Source: Theionarchaea archaeon (GTDB lineage Archaea > Methanobacteriota_B > Thermococci > Methanofastidiosales > SZ-28-30). From it: a stretch of 64,000 nt of DNA. Position 1 is the first letter of the stretch; every line of letters begins with the position of its first letter. The DNA lies in contig JACVGT010000003.1 in NCBI GenBank assembly GCA_018992685.1, positions 128,001-192,000 of the forward strand, written 5' to 3'. The translations under genes were made by a program, and so were the position numbers. Below the pieces are notes generated by a model. It saw only the letters and a list, made by a program, of their open reading frames with translations, was not told the origin of the DNA and made no database searches. Below are positions 1 through 10,583 of this stretch, piece after piece.

Positions 1-807
1 CACAACCAGACCACCATGTGGAACGTTAACGTCTATGTAGATACTGCGCAAATTGATCCCACCTTTCTACAACGGTTGGAAATATCTGCTGATGAGGAGA
101 ACCCCATTGATCTGGGCGAAGAAATATCGTTTGGAACTCCAGTCACGGCCACGATAGATATTACAGTGGAGGCCAACTCACCTGCGGGAGAGGTAAGGAT
201 TCCCATTGTTGCTGCGGGTAAGAAGGGTCCATGTTTGAAAGGATGTGAGCCATTTCTCATGCAGAAGTCCACCACCCTGGTCATCAAGAGACAGGACCCG
301 AAACTTGCACTGTTTCTGCCCGAGTCCAGTTTTGAAGTTCTTCAGGGAGAAAATGTCACCCTCACGGTGCAGTTGAGAAACTATGGTGCATCCACAGCAT
401 TCGTAGAAGAGCTGGATGCTGTGCCTGACAGCCAGCTGACCTATAAAATGCAAGATCCACCTCGTCAGATAGAGCCAGGTACCACTCAATCTACCTTCAT
501 GACGGTCTTTACAGAGAATGCGACACCAGGAGCATACTTGATTCAGGTGAAGCTGGTGTACAGAGATGAAATACAGAACAGGTTTACAGACAGTAAGACA
601 GTATATATTACCGTGGTTCAGGAGAGAACCGAAGTGCCCACCATAACCCCAACTCCCAGTTCGTCTCCTACAACTCCTCCTGTGGAAGAACCTGGAATCT
701 CCGCTCAATACCAGTACTTCCTGGCAGGGATGTTTACCGGAGGCAGTAGTTTTGGCATTGCAGTGATGCTGGGCTTATTCCTGAAAAAACGGCGTCCTCC
801 AAAATAA
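1..807 (+). CDS. Membrane-anchored surface protein with CARDB/COG1361-like Ig domain (5' end probably outside window)
   Basis: Frame open from base 1; beta-rich 'GENVTLTVQLRNYG' Ig-like motif, Pro/Thr/Ser linker, C-terminal TM plus KKRR tail. Confidence 0.6.
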   Translation, partial: HNQTTMWNVNVYVDTAQIDPTFLQRLEISADEENPIDLGEEISFGTPVTATIDITVEANSPAGEVRIPIVAAGKKGPCLKGCEPFLMQKSTTLVIKRQDPKLALFLPESSFEVLQGENVTLTVQLRNYGASTAFVEELDAVPDSQLTYKMQDPPRQIEPGTTQSTFMTVFTENATPGAYLIQVKLVYRDEIQNRFTDSKTVYITVVQERTEVPTITPTPSSSPTTPPVEEPGISAQYQYFLAGMFTGGSSFGIAVMLGLFLKKRRPPK

Positions 808-857
808 ATAGGAGGTTGCCGCCGATTTCTGGGCTGAATTGGGACTGCCTGTCACCA

Positions 858-871
858 CAAAGGTTTATATG
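858..871 (+). promoter_or_regulatory. BRE/TATA promoter of leaderless rbcL
   Basis: AAAGGTTTATATG about 25 nt upstream of ATG 892; no SD. Confidence 0.6.
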
Positions 872-891
872 TTACAACTCCTCTCAATATC

Positions 892-2187
892 ATGAGCGGG
901 ATTGATTGGTACAATGAATTCGTGGACATGCATTACACACCAGCACAAGATGATCTTGTTGTTCTCTATTACTTTGAATCACCTGAAGGAATGACTAAAG
1001 AGGAGTCTGCGGGGAGGATAGCGTCTGAGAGCTCAACAGGAACCTGGACAACACTAACAAACCTCCCTCCTAGAATGGAATCCCTCAAAGCCACGGCATT
1101 CGACATTGAAGAACGGTATGTGAAAGTGGCATATCCCAGGGATTTGTGGGAAGATGGGAACTTCTGCCAGCTTAAGAGTGGAATAGCAGGTAATATATTT
1201 GGCATGAAAGGAGTTAAGAATCTACGGCTGCTGGATTGTCGATTTCCCGAGAACTACATCAAGTATTTCAAGGGCCCGATTCTGGGGATGGACGGACTGA
1301 GAAAGAGATGGAACATACCCAAGAGGCCCTTGACTGGGGCCGTCCCCAAGCCGAAGATTGGGTTCAGTGCTCAGGAACATGCAGAGATTGGGTACGAGAC
1401 CTGGATGGGCGGCTTTGATTTTGTGAAAGATGACGAGAATCTGACATCCGTGAAGTTCAACAGGTTCGAAGAAAGGGTAAGGATTCTGGCCAAGTACAGA
1501 GATAAGGCAGAAAACGAAACTGGAGATCGAAAAGGAGCATTCATTAATATTACAGCCGAAACAGAGGAAATGAAACGGAGAGCTAGCCTTATTCATCAAT
1601 ATGGATTTGATTACGTCATGATAGATGCGGTGATTGTGGGCACCGCGTCCCTAATGACCATGCGAGACTATCTCGGAGACCTCGGGATTGCCATCCATGC
1701 ACATCGGGCCATGCACGCAGCTTTTGACAGAAATCCAAAGCATGGAATCACCATGCAGTTTATTGCCAAAGAGATGCGGCTAATTGGAGTGAACCAGCTG
1801 CACTCGGGGACAGCTGTGGGAAAGCTGGTGGGAAATAGGGAGGAGGTCACCTCTGTTGCAGACGTCCTCAGAGAGAAACAGACCCCTGAAAAAGAACATG
1901 TGCTTCTGGGGCAGGACTGGGGTTCAATCAAAAGTGCGTTCCCTGTGTCCTCAGGGGGTCTGCATCCAGGGCTGGTGCCTGATGTGGTTGACATTTACGG
2001 GCCAGATATGATTTTGCTCATCAGTGGAGGGATACATGGCCATCCCAAGGGTACGCGCGCAGGTGCAAGGGCGTCAATGCAGGCTATTGAAGCAGTTATG
2101 GACGGAGAAACGCTGGAGGAGAAGGCCAGAACCTCCCCGGAGCTCAGGTCTGCGTTGGATAAATGGGATCGTCACACGCCCAAATAG
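892..2187 (+). CDS. rbcL: Ribulose-1,5-bisphosphate carboxylase, form III
   Basis: ASESSTGTWT, KPKIG, GGFDFVKDDE, HAHRAMH, GKL, SGG and GGIHGHP motifs all present. Confidence 0.95.
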   Translation: MSGIDWYNEFVDMHYTPAQDDLVVLYYFESPEGMTKEESAGRIASESSTGTWTTLTNLPPRMESLKATAFDIEERYVKVAYPRDLWEDGNFCQLKSGIAGNIFGMKGVKNLRLLDCRFPENYIKYFKGPILGMDGLRKRWNIPKRPLTGAVPKPKIGFSAQEHAEIGYETWMGGFDFVKDDENLTSVKFNRFEERVRILAKYRDKAENETGDRKGAFINITAETEEMKRRASLIHQYGFDYVMIDAVIVGTASLMTMRDYLGDLGIAIHAHRAMHAAFDRNPKHGITMQFIAKEMRLIGVNQLHSGTAVGKLVGNREEVTSVADVLREKQTPEKEHVLLGQDWGSIKSAFPVSSGGLHPGLVPDVVDIYGPDMILLISGGIHGHPKGTRAGARASMQAIEAVMDGETLEEKARTSPELRSALDKWDRHTPK

Positions 2188-2300
2188 CAGCAGGCGTGTC
2201 CAGTAATCAAGGAAGAAGGAAAAGGGCACAGTCCTCCAGTCACGCCTGGCTAGTACAGATTCCACAAAGGCGATTCACAGAGTCCACAAAGCCAGCAGTA

Positions 2301-3302
2301 CTAAAGTGGGATATACTCGATCAATGGTTGGTTATAGGTGGGATACCTCTTCTCGATGCCGATGTGTTTGGTGCAGGTCAGGGGTTTGACCCATGGGACA
2401 GCTTCCTCGATGAGGGCCCAGTGAGTTTCCACTCGCTCTCCCAGAACCTCGACAAAGGTTGTGGGGATATCCACTCTTTCCAGCAGCAGTGTCCTTACTT
2501 GCAGGGCTGCTTCATGGCTGCAACACACAATGACTCCTTTCACCAGCAGTCCGTCTTCAATATCTTCGTATGGTTTACGTATCATTGTTGCTCGACGAAT
2601 GAACCTGTTTCTTAGCTGGGTACTGTCCTTATCGCGAGCGGAACAGTAGTGGACAATCTCATCCTCCACCACCTGGGCAACAGCTTTTCTGCTTTCTTCC
2701 ACAACGCACGAGTCACTGCTGAGTGTGAGCTTCCGTTTTTTCATCTCTTCAACGGTCCGATCTGCATATTCTAGCTCGTTGATGTTGACAAAATGGACAC
2801 CTATTCCCTTGAGGCGCTGTATGAGCCACCGGGTCTCCTTAACTCTCGAAGGAATCATGGGAATTTCCACCCCCACTTCAAACTGGTATCTCAGTGCCTG
2901 ACGGACAACGGAAATGTCAGAAAAATCAGTAAGGTGGAATCGCACCTCATCAATAAGCCCTTCCATCTCCTTGAGTGTGTCATCTCTCACGTGAGATGCC
3001 GTGTAGAGATGAATGTGGTGGTCAGGCCATTCGTTCTTCAGTAATGCTGCATAATGCAGTGTTCTCTCCAACCGTACCACAGGATCGCCCCCAGTGATCC
3101 CTGTTCCCAATGCATTCATAGCCTTGGCCTCTTCCAGCACATCGTCATCACACCCAACAGGTCGTTCATTTGCGTACACGACATCCTTTTGCCACCTCTC
3201 CTCTGAGAGGGGACAGTACCAGCAGGACAACCTGCACACACCGGTGACAAACAACACCATTTTTGCCCCTTTCAGGCACAGGCTACAGCCCGTGGACACC
3301 AT
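2301..3302 (-). CDS. Radical SAM protein (COG2108-like)
   Basis: CSLC plus CRLSCWYC (CX3CX2C), GITGGDP, HIHLYT, DEVRFH. Confidence 0.88.
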   Translation of the reverse strand: MVSTGCSLCLKGAKMVLFVTGVCRLSCWYCPLSEERWQKDVVYANERPVGCDDDVLEEAKAMNALGTGITGGDPVVRLERTLHYAALLKNEWPDHHIHLYTASHVRDDTLKEMEGLIDEVRFHLTDFSDISVVRQALRYQFEVGVEIPMIPSRVKETRWLIQRLKGIGVHFVNINELEYADRTVEEMKKRKLTLSSDSCVVEESRKAVAQVVEDEIVHYCSARDKDSTQLRNRFIRRATMIRKPYEDIEDGLLVKGVIVCCSHEAALQVRTLLLERVDIPTTFVEVLGERVETHWALIEEAVPWVKPLTCTKHIGIEKRYPTYNQPLIEYIPL

Positions 3303-3303
3303 G

Positions 3304-4317
3304 TTATCCCTCTTGAGACTTCAGGGGCTCCGCCTTATCCTCAAGTTCCTTGATTACTAGGTTCAATTCTTGAGCTTTCCTGAGTTTCTCTGCAATGTAC
3401 ATCTCAAACCAGTCAGCAACCTGTAATTTCAGCTGCAACCGATTTACCTCTGTTAAAGATCCTAACTCACGGATGCCCAATTCTGCCAAGAGGCTTGCAT
3501 TCTCTGTGTTCCCCATCTCCAATTGACGGGCAGCTTCAGACAGACTGTCAAGAGCTTTTTCCAGATGCTCCATGTTGGTCAGAGAATCATCTATGTACGG
3601 AATGTCAATGACTCTTGCAGCCGCAGTATAGGCCTTCTCAGCATCTGTAAGATTCTCAATGGCAGACTCATAGGCTGTAAAGGCAAACTGGTAGTCTTTC
3701 ATCTCCAGATGGTCATTCCCTCTGTTCATGTCAGTCATGACAGTCAGAAGGAGTTGTTCTCCCTCCAGATAGCAGGCAGCAAACTCATAGTACATGACGT
3801 ATGACTCGCTCACCGTCTGCAGGACATCACAGCACTCTTTTCGAGTGCTCACGATCTTGAGCTGCAGCTCAACATACTCATGATACTGCCCTGGAAGTCT
3901 CAGTTCTTCACAGGAAGCAAGAAAAGTGTCTGCCCTTTCAAAGGAGGACGAAGCATCTTCAAGAAGAGGAAGAAGACATTGAACGTCTCCCTTCATCTTT
4001 TCTACATACTCCAGTTCAGATCTGGTATGATTTTCTGATTCAAACTGAACTTCTTCTGCTCCAAAGAGTTCCCCCTCCACTGTCTGAAGAATCTCATCAC
4101 CTCTCTGCATTTCTTTGAGAGCAGCCCTCACGAGGTTGTCTGCATCCTCTGTCTCATAGTTCATGAAATAGACAGCGGAAATTCCCAGCACGATCATCAC
4201 TGCGAATGCTGCGATCTTGTCCACAGGAAGTCTTTTCTTCGGTCTGAAATCCAGTCCACAGTGCTCACATCCTGGGCTATCTGCTGGGACATATCGGCCG
4301 CAGTTCGGGCAGAACAT
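3304..4317 (-). CDS. Zinc-ribbon membrane-anchored helical protein
   Basis: MFCPNCG...CEHCG, one TM, long acidic helical domain; ATG 4317 follows a TATA box. Confidence 0.7.
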   Translation of the reverse strand: MFCPNCGRYVPADSPGCEHCGLDFRPKKRLPVDKIAAFAVMIVLGISAVYFMNYETEDADNLVRAALKEMQRGDEILQTVEGELFGAEEVQFESENHTRSELEYVEKMKGDVQCLLPLLEDASSSFERADTFLASCEELRLPGQYHEYVELQLKIVSTRKECCDVLQTVSESYVMYYEFAACYLEGEQLLLTVMTDMNRGNDHLEMKDYQFAFTAYESAIENLTDAEKAYTAAARVIDIPYIDDSLTNMEHLEKALDSLSEAARQLEMGNTENASLLAELGIRELGSLTEVNRLQLKLQVADWFEMYIAEKLRKAQELNLVIKELEDKAEPLKSQEG

Positions 4318-4682
4318 ATTCTGTAACACCAGAGCATTGATATAAAGGTTGTCACATCATCATGTAGCGAGAACAATGCTTACACGTTCATAGCACTCTT
4401 ATCCTCTCAACCAGATCCACGTAGTCTCATCTTTCTTTTGCACGATTCTTCCTATTTTGAAAGATCATGAAGCACTAAAGGGAAAGCAATATCTCAATCT
4501 TGGGATGTATGATTATGTTATCTGGAAATTCCAACAGGCATACTTTCAAGTTTTGATGTGATGATATGTGACTCTGTGAGAATGTGTGACAAAAAGATAT
4601 TTAAGGATATGAAACGTGGTGCTATATATCCGAGCATCCGTATAATTGCAGTTCTTGGGCATGAATTTCGGTCTGAGAGGCC

Positions 4683-5951
4683 TCAGACCTCCTCTTCTCC
4701 GGAATGGCGAGGGACACGTTTAGCCTTCACCTTCATGATACGTACTTTATCAGTCTGGAATACAGCAAAATCCACTCCGTTATAGGTGATTTTTTCGCCT
4801 TCTTCTGGGATATGGCCAAACTGATCCAGCATGAACCCCCCGATTGTTTCAAACCCATTTTCAGGGATGTTCACATTGAGCAGTTCATTGACCTCATCAA
4901 TAGGAACCATGCCATTGATGAGAACAGTGTGATCATCCAGCACTCGTATGGGAATTCGAGTCACATCGTATTCATCAAAGATTTCCCCCACGATTTCTTC
5001 CAACAGATCTTCAATAGTCACGATGCCAGCAGTTCCGCCATACTCATCCACTACGATTGCCAGGTGCACCTTGCTTTTCTGCATTTTCTCTAGCAGCTCA
5101 TCAACTTTCTTGGTTTCAGGAATGAAATACGGGTCCCGCAAAAGATCTCTCAAAACAGTTTTTCCCTTTGTGCGCAGCAGGTCCTTGGCATACAGAATAC
5201 CGACGATGTGGTCCACATTGTCTTCATACACGGGAATTCGAGAAAATCCACTTTTGACAATGAGGTTCTTTGCGTCTTCCAGCGAGGTTTCCACATCCAG
5301 ACATACCATGTCTGTACGGGGGGTCATCACTTCCCTGGCTACAGTGTCTGAGAATTCAAAGACATTATAGATACGCTCCCGTTCCTCCTCTTCTAGACTG
5401 CCTTCTTCTTCTGCAATGGTGAGAAACGTTTTAAATTCTTCTTCAGTCAAGAAAACGCTCTTATCCAGCTCTCCACCTAGGAGACGGGAGACTCCTCTGG
5501 AGATGGCATTCAGGGCTGTGGCCACAGGTGAGAGTACCTTGGTTATAATGTACAGCGGTCTTGAAAAAGTCAGAACCAGGTGCTCCGCATTTTTCACGGC
5601 AAAGCCTTTGGGAGTGATCTCTCCCACCACCAGAATGAGAAATGTCATGATGCCAATGGCAGCACCCACGCCCTGATTCCCAAAAACGGTGATTGCCATT
5701 GATGTGGCAACAGATGAGGCCGCAACATTCACAATGTTGTTTCCAATGACAACCGCAGCTACCACCTTGTCTGGCTCTTCCATCATGCGACGGATTGTCT
5801 CTGCTTTGGAATTCCCTTCCTCAGCCAGGTGTCGTATTCGGATTTTTCGAGAGGAAAGAAAAGCAGTTTCGGAACTGGAGAAAAAAGCAGAGAGTAAGAG
5901 GAGAACAGCAAGACTCATCAATTCGAGCCACAAATATGATATTTCGAACAT
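4683..5951 (-). CDS. CNNM/HlyC-CorC family protein (DUF21-CBS-CorC)
   Basis: [51 protein letters not shown]. Confidence 0.93.
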   Translation of the reverse strand: MFEISYLWLELMSLAVLLLLSAFFSSSETAFLSSRKIRIRHLAEEGNSKAETIRRMMEEPDKVVAAVVIGNNIVNVAASSVATSMAITVFGNQGVGAAIGIMTFLILVVGEITPKGFAVKNAEHLVLTFSRPLYIITKVLSPVATALNAISRGVSRLLGGELDKSVFLTEEEFKTFLTIAEEEGSLEEEERERIYNVFEFSDTVAREVMTPRTDMVCLDVETSLEDAKNLIVKSGFSRIPVYEDNVDHIVGILYAKDLLRTKGKTVLRDLLRDPYFIPETKKVDELLEKMQKSKVHLAIVVDEYGGTAGIVTIEDLLEEIVGEIFDEYDVTRIPIRVLDDHTVLINGMVPIDEVNELLNVNIPENGFETIGGFMLDQFGHIPEEGEKITYNGVDFAVFQTDKVRIMKVKAKRVPRHSGEEEV

Positions 5952-6015
5952 GGTATATCCTGTCCTTTTGTTCTGCCCTTTATTCTACATGAAGGCTTAA
6001 AAACCTTTTCCCAAG

Positions 6016-6891
6016 TTACGTAAAGATGTCGCATCCTTCTTCTGTTACGATTACTGAGTGTTCTGCCTGGGTGACAGGGGCTCCCGTTTTTTCCTTGAGT
6101 ACATGATAGGGGAATAGGATCCCATTCCTGATGAGCAACCTCAGCAAGAATTCTCCTTTCTTGTCCTTTACAACCCACCGTTCTGCAAAGGGAAGTTGAG
6201 GATAGGTATTTTGGATGTGGTGCATCAGTTTTCTGGCAGGCTCCAGTCGCAATGGACGAGGAGCAACAAAACTGAAAATATAGACCTTGTCGTCGTCCAC
6301 CACCCTGCCTGCACCCGTGGTGGCAAAGGGTTCCACCGCGACCACATCTCCTTCCCGCAACTTGACTGTGGATCCATCGTCAAAGTTGGGAATGGAAGGT
6401 GACGCATGGATGGAGTACTGTGACAGACCATGCCCGGTGAGGTTTTCGATGGGACGGAACCCATGAGCAGTAATTGCCTTCTCAATGACTTTTCCGACTT
6501 CACCGGTTGTGATGCCTGCCCGGATGACAGAAAGGGCAGCATCCAATCCCTCCTGGCTTGCTTGTATGAGCTCGTCTTCAGGTTCTCCCACTTTCACTGT
6601 GTAGGCAGTATCTGCTATGTACCCCTCGACATGGCAGCCAATATCAAGAGTGAGGTAATCACCTTTTTCCAGTACGGTTTCATCCTGGGAGGGAGGAGTA
6701 TAGTGAGCTGCAACTTCATTGAGAGAAATATTCACTGGAAAAGCAGTCTCTGCTCCGTACTCTGTGATCTTCCCTTCAATGAAGGTGGCAACATCCAGAA
6801 GCTTCACGCCTTCCTTAATCTTCGCCCTGGATTCCTCTACAACTTTCTTAACAACCTCGCCTGCTTGACGATGCTTTTCCAAATAGTCCAT
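6016..6891 (-). CDS. map: Methionine aminopeptidase type II
   Basis: AFPVNIS, AAHYTP, DIGCHVEGYIAD, NLTGH, EPFAT, QAEH. Confidence 0.95.
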   Translation of the reverse strand: MDYLEKHRQAGEVVKKVVEESRAKIKEGVKLLDVATFIEGKITEYGAETAFPVNISLNEVAAHYTPPSQDETVLEKGDYLTLDIGCHVEGYIADTAYTVKVGEPEDELIQASQEGLDAALSVIRAGITTGEVGKVIEKAITAHGFRPIENLTGHGLSQYSIHASPSIPNFDDGSTVKLREGDVVAVEPFATTGAGRVVDDDKVYIFSFVAPRPLRLEPARKLMHHIQNTYPQLPFAERWVVKDKKGEFLLRLLIRNGILFPYHVLKEKTGAPVTQAEHSVIVTEEGCDIFT

Positions 6892-7206
6892 AAATACACC
6901 AGTATGTCCATTTTTAGTCTGTGTTATAAACTTTTGCCCGAATGATGTGGTGACAACCGATTGACTGTGAAGAGATGTGTCTCACGTTCTCCAGCCATTC
7001 TACCCGGGCCATCAACGGTTCCCTGTAGCAATGCGTTCACAGCCTATGATCCACACCGTGTGAATATCACAGATCACACAATCTGGAGACGCTCTTCTGT
7101 TCTGACCAGAATGTGGAAAACCCGTTACAATGTTGTAAATCTCAGCCACCATACCCATGCGAGTAGAACATTTTTAAGGAGTTGACCAAAGTAAAGTTGT
7201 GATACA

Positions 7207-8073
7207 ATGATTAGTGAGGAAACAATTCAAACCACGGTGGTGGAGTTGCTGAGAAGAGCAGTGACCAAGCTCCCTCCTGATATTGAAGCTGCTCTCAACA
7301 CAGCGTACAAAAAAGAAACCTCTGAAGCAGCAAAGATGCAATTCAAGGCAATCCTGGACAATATCAAGCTGGCAGGAGAGACAACCACCCCCATGTGTCA
7401 GGACACGGGTATACATATCTTTTATGTCAACAAAGGGAACCCTGCTACTGGTAATATTGAGAAAGCCATCAGGGCAGGAGTAAAAGAGGCAACGGAGAAA
7501 ATTCCTCTGCGTCCCAATGCAGTTCATCCTCTGACCAGAAAGAATCCTGGGACTAACCTGGGAGAGAAAATGCCATACATCAACTACACTGTCTCAGATA
7601 ATGACTTCCTGGAGATCCATGTGATGCCCAAAGGGGCAGGAAGTGAAAATATGTCCAAGATGGCAATGCTTAACCCCTCACAGGGAATCAAGGGAATCAA
7701 GCAGTTTGCCCTGGACACCCTGCTCAATGCAGGATCAAAACCGTGTCCCCCTGTGGTACTCGGTATGGGTATTGGGGGCAGTGCAGACATTTCGTTGAAA
7801 CTGGCCAAGCAGGCACTGCTGCGTCCTGTGACCAGTCATCATTCAGAGCCAGATATTTCAGCCTTAGAAGACGAATTGCTGGAAGCCTTGAATGAAACAG
7901 GCATCGGCCCCATGGGGTTAGGAGGTAATACAACCGTCCTGGGACTGAACATTGAGTACGCCTCCTGTCATACTGCTTCTCACCCTGTGGCCATAAATGT
8001 ACAGTGCTGGGCCGCTCGGAGGGCTTCAGCCAGAATCTATGAAGATAAAGTTGACTACGGGTGGTTCACATGA
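7207..8073 (+). CDS. Class I fumarate hydratase / tartrate dehydratase alpha subunit
   Basis: PMCQDTG, KGAGSEN, CPP, GPMGLGG, QCWAAR. Confidence 0.92.
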   Translation: MISEETIQTTVVELLRRAVTKLPPDIEAALNTAYKKETSEAAKMQFKAILDNIKLAGETTTPMCQDTGIHIFYVNKGNPATGNIEKAIRAGVKEATEKIPLRPNAVHPLTRKNPGTNLGEKMPYINYTVSDNDFLEIHVMPKGAGSENMSKMAMLNPSQGIKGIKQFALDTLLNAGSKPCPPVVLGMGIGGSADISLKLAKQALLRPVTSHHSEPDISALEDELLEALNETGIGPMGLGGNTTVLGLNIEYASCHTASHPVAINVQCWAARRASARIYEDKVDYGWFT

Positions 8074-8666
8074 AGACATTGTCTATACCATTGTCTGAGA
8101 AAGATGTGCGGGAATTAAAGCTTGGAGAGACAATCTACCTCAATGGAGAATTCTATACAGCACGCGACGAGGCACACATGACGGCTCTTGAACATGTGAA
8201 AGAGGGAAAGCCTCTTCCAGTTGACTTTAAAGATAAAGCGGTCTTTCACTGCGGGCCCATCATGCGGAAGCTCAACGGGACATGGGAGCTCGTGGCTGCA
8301 GGTCCCACTACCAGTACCCGAATGAACTCACTGGAACCTGAATTCATAAGAACGTTTGGACCGAGAGCCATTATTGGTAAAGGTGGCATGGGGAAGGAGA
8401 CCTCAGAAGCCATGAAAGAGTACGGATGTGTCTACCTGGCCATTACTGGAGGAGCGGCAGTTCTTGCAGCCAGAGGAATAAAGAAGGTCAAAGGTGTGGA
8501 ATGGCTGGAACTCGGAATGCCGGAAGCAGTCTGGATTCTGGAAGGAGAGAACTTTGGACCTTTGATTGTGGCAATGGATGCAAACGGAAATAGTCTCTTT
8601 GAGAACGTAGAAGCACAGGTCAGGGAAAATGCTCAGAAGATTAGAAAGAACCTGGGATTAGTATAA
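8070..8666 (+). CDS. Class I fumarate hydratase / tartrate dehydratase beta subunit
   Basis: TARDEAH, GPTTSTRM, GKGGM, LGMPEA; ATGA overlap with the alpha stop. Confidence 0.92.
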   Translation: MKTLSIPLSEKDVRELKLGETIYLNGEFYTARDEAHMTALEHVKEGKPLPVDFKDKAVFHCGPIMRKLNGTWELVAAGPTTSTRMNSLEPEFIRTFGPRAIIGKGGMGKETSEAMKEYGCVYLAITGGAAVLAARGIKKVKGVEWLELGMPEAVWILEGENFGPLIVAMDANGNSLFENVEAQVRENAQKIRKNLGLV

Positions 8667-8764
8667 CTATCCATTCCTTTTCCCTTTTCATGCCTTTTTC
8701 TTTGGAATGAAATCATACTTCACTTAGTGGGAAGCACAACACAACAATCCTGGACGCATCACGC

Positions 8765-9076
8765 CTATCTGTACACGCTGAACCTGGAAAGCAGTCTGGT
8801 CAATCGCAGTGCCACGTCATGTTCCAATACACCTTCTCTCTGTTTTTCCCAGATGAAGTCTTTCGCCTCTCGAACACCGATTTTTGAAGCTTTTGCATAA
8901 ATTGCACCTTTTACTGCAGATACATTCTGGTCATCGACATCATCAAGAATTTGTGAGAGATTCCATTTGAAATCATCGATTCTTCTCATGTTCAACTTTC
9001 GTACCCTCTTGGACCTCCTGGGCACTCTGCTGGGTGAATATCTGGATTTTGTTCCGCTTGGTCTTGGCCTAGCCAT
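8765..9076 (-). CDS. Small basic hypothetical protein
   Basis: 103-aa ORF with Arg/Lys-rich N-terminus; TTTTAAAG TATA-like box upstream on the minus strand. Confidence 0.65.
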   Translation of the reverse strand: MARPRPSGTKSRYSPSRVPRRSKRVRKLNMRRIDDFKWNLSQILDDVDDQNVSAVKGAIYAKASKIGVREAKDFIWEKQREGVLEHDVALRLTRLLSRFSVYR

Positions 9077-9523
9077 TGGTTCCTTTTCGAGACGGGGCTT
9101 TAAAAGGTTTTGGGCAGGTTCTTCTTTGTATACCGCTTATGTTGAAGTTCTTCTCCCCGATGGGCACACAGAGAGGAATGAATGGGAATTCGGCGTTGAC
9201 GGCCACGTCTTCAGTACCCAATCGTGAAGACAACGTCGGATCAGGCATTGAGAAGCCAGTGTGTTCTTTTCAGGAAGGAGTAGAGTTAACGTTGCCTCAC
9301 AGATGTCTTTCGAGTACCGCGGCCGGCCATCACCATCAAAAGATTCACAACCCCAATGAGAATGAACCCTCCAAGAAGACTGAGAACGAGCAATTCCGAA
9401 GATCGGGCTCACTCCTCCCTGTCCTCATGCAGTTCTTCTGAACTTTATTTTAGGGTAGGGTTTTCATGAACTCTGGTCGATTCTTCTGCAAACTGTTATA
9501 TAGCGTGACGTTCTGTTTCTTCT

Positions 9524-10039
9524 ATGCGTGCACTGTATGTCGGTCGATTCCAGCCCTTTCATAATGGACACCTGGAAATCCTGAAGCGAATACTCAGAGA
9601 GCACCATGAGTTGATTATTATTGTGGGTTCGGCCCAGAATTCCCATACTCTGGAGAATCCCTTTACAGCAGGAGAGCGCATCCAGATGATTACGGAAACA
9701 CTCGATGAAGAGAGGATCACCCAGAGAATATATATCATTCCCGTGGACGACATTCATCGGCACGCAGTGTGGGTGAAGCAGGTAGAATCTCTAACTCCCG
9801 CCTTTGACTGTGTAATCTCCAATGAACCCATAACTACCCGGCTTTTCAGGGAAGCAGGGTACACGGTGAGGAACACAGAGCTCTTGCACAGAGATGAGTG
9901 GTCGGGAACAGAAATCAGGAAGATGATTCTCAATAATGAGCAATGGGAATCATGTGTTCCTCCTGCTGTGGTCAGGGTCATCAAGGAGATTGCTGGAGTC
10001 ACCAGAATACAAGAGCTGGCACACAGTGATACCCTTTGA
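9524..10039 (+). CDS. nadM: Nicotinamide-nucleotide adenylyltransferase (archaeal NMNAT)
   Basis: GRFQPFHNGH, GSAQ, NPFTAGER, SGTEIR. Confidence 0.93.
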   Translation: MRALYVGRFQPFHNGHLEILKRILREHHELIIIVGSAQNSHTLENPFTAGERIQMITETLDEERITQRIYIIPVDDIHRHAVWVKQVESLTPAFDCVISNEPITTRLFREAGYTVRNTELLHRDEWSGTEIRKMILNNEQWESCVPPAVVRVIKEIAGVTRIQELAHSDTL

Positions 10040-10583
10040 TGTGGCGGGATTTTTCCTCTTCATGTGGCTGATTCAGATCCTTCTAAACTGCAAATGATTC
10101 GTAAAGAAAGATCAGTGGCCGAAGCAGAAGAGGTGCACGCCAGGGATCAGGTGGTTGCACCTGCACACCTGATGTTGCTGCTCCTCTAGTTTCACCGAAA
10201 AAACGTGGAAAGTACGGTTTCTCAGTATTTGAGGTTATCTGACAGAATCAACATATTTATCCTTCTTCAATTAGACATAGCCTCGTCCTTAAGCTCACGA
10301 TCACGATACGGAGGACAGTGAATTTTTTCGATGGCTTCCAGATTGCTTCTCTGGGTTGGATGTGAAATTACGGGGTGAAGAGTATCATTAACACGATAAA
10401 GAGGCCTTGATCTTCTCTGTCAATGCGTGCACAGCAGTATCTTCATAGGGCAACCCATGGAAAGTCTTTTAAGTGTGCAATGCAACACTATACTGAGAAC
10501 ATCAAGAGTGTTTCCAGCAATTTTTTCACCGAAAAGTTTATAAAGGGCAACTTACTATCTAAGTAGTAACTTAACCCCATGAG

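Noticed and set aside
4558-4690. C/D box sRNA or 75-aa ORF
   Set aside because: C box has no properly spaced D'/D boxes, and the ORF overlaps the end of the CNNM gene antisense
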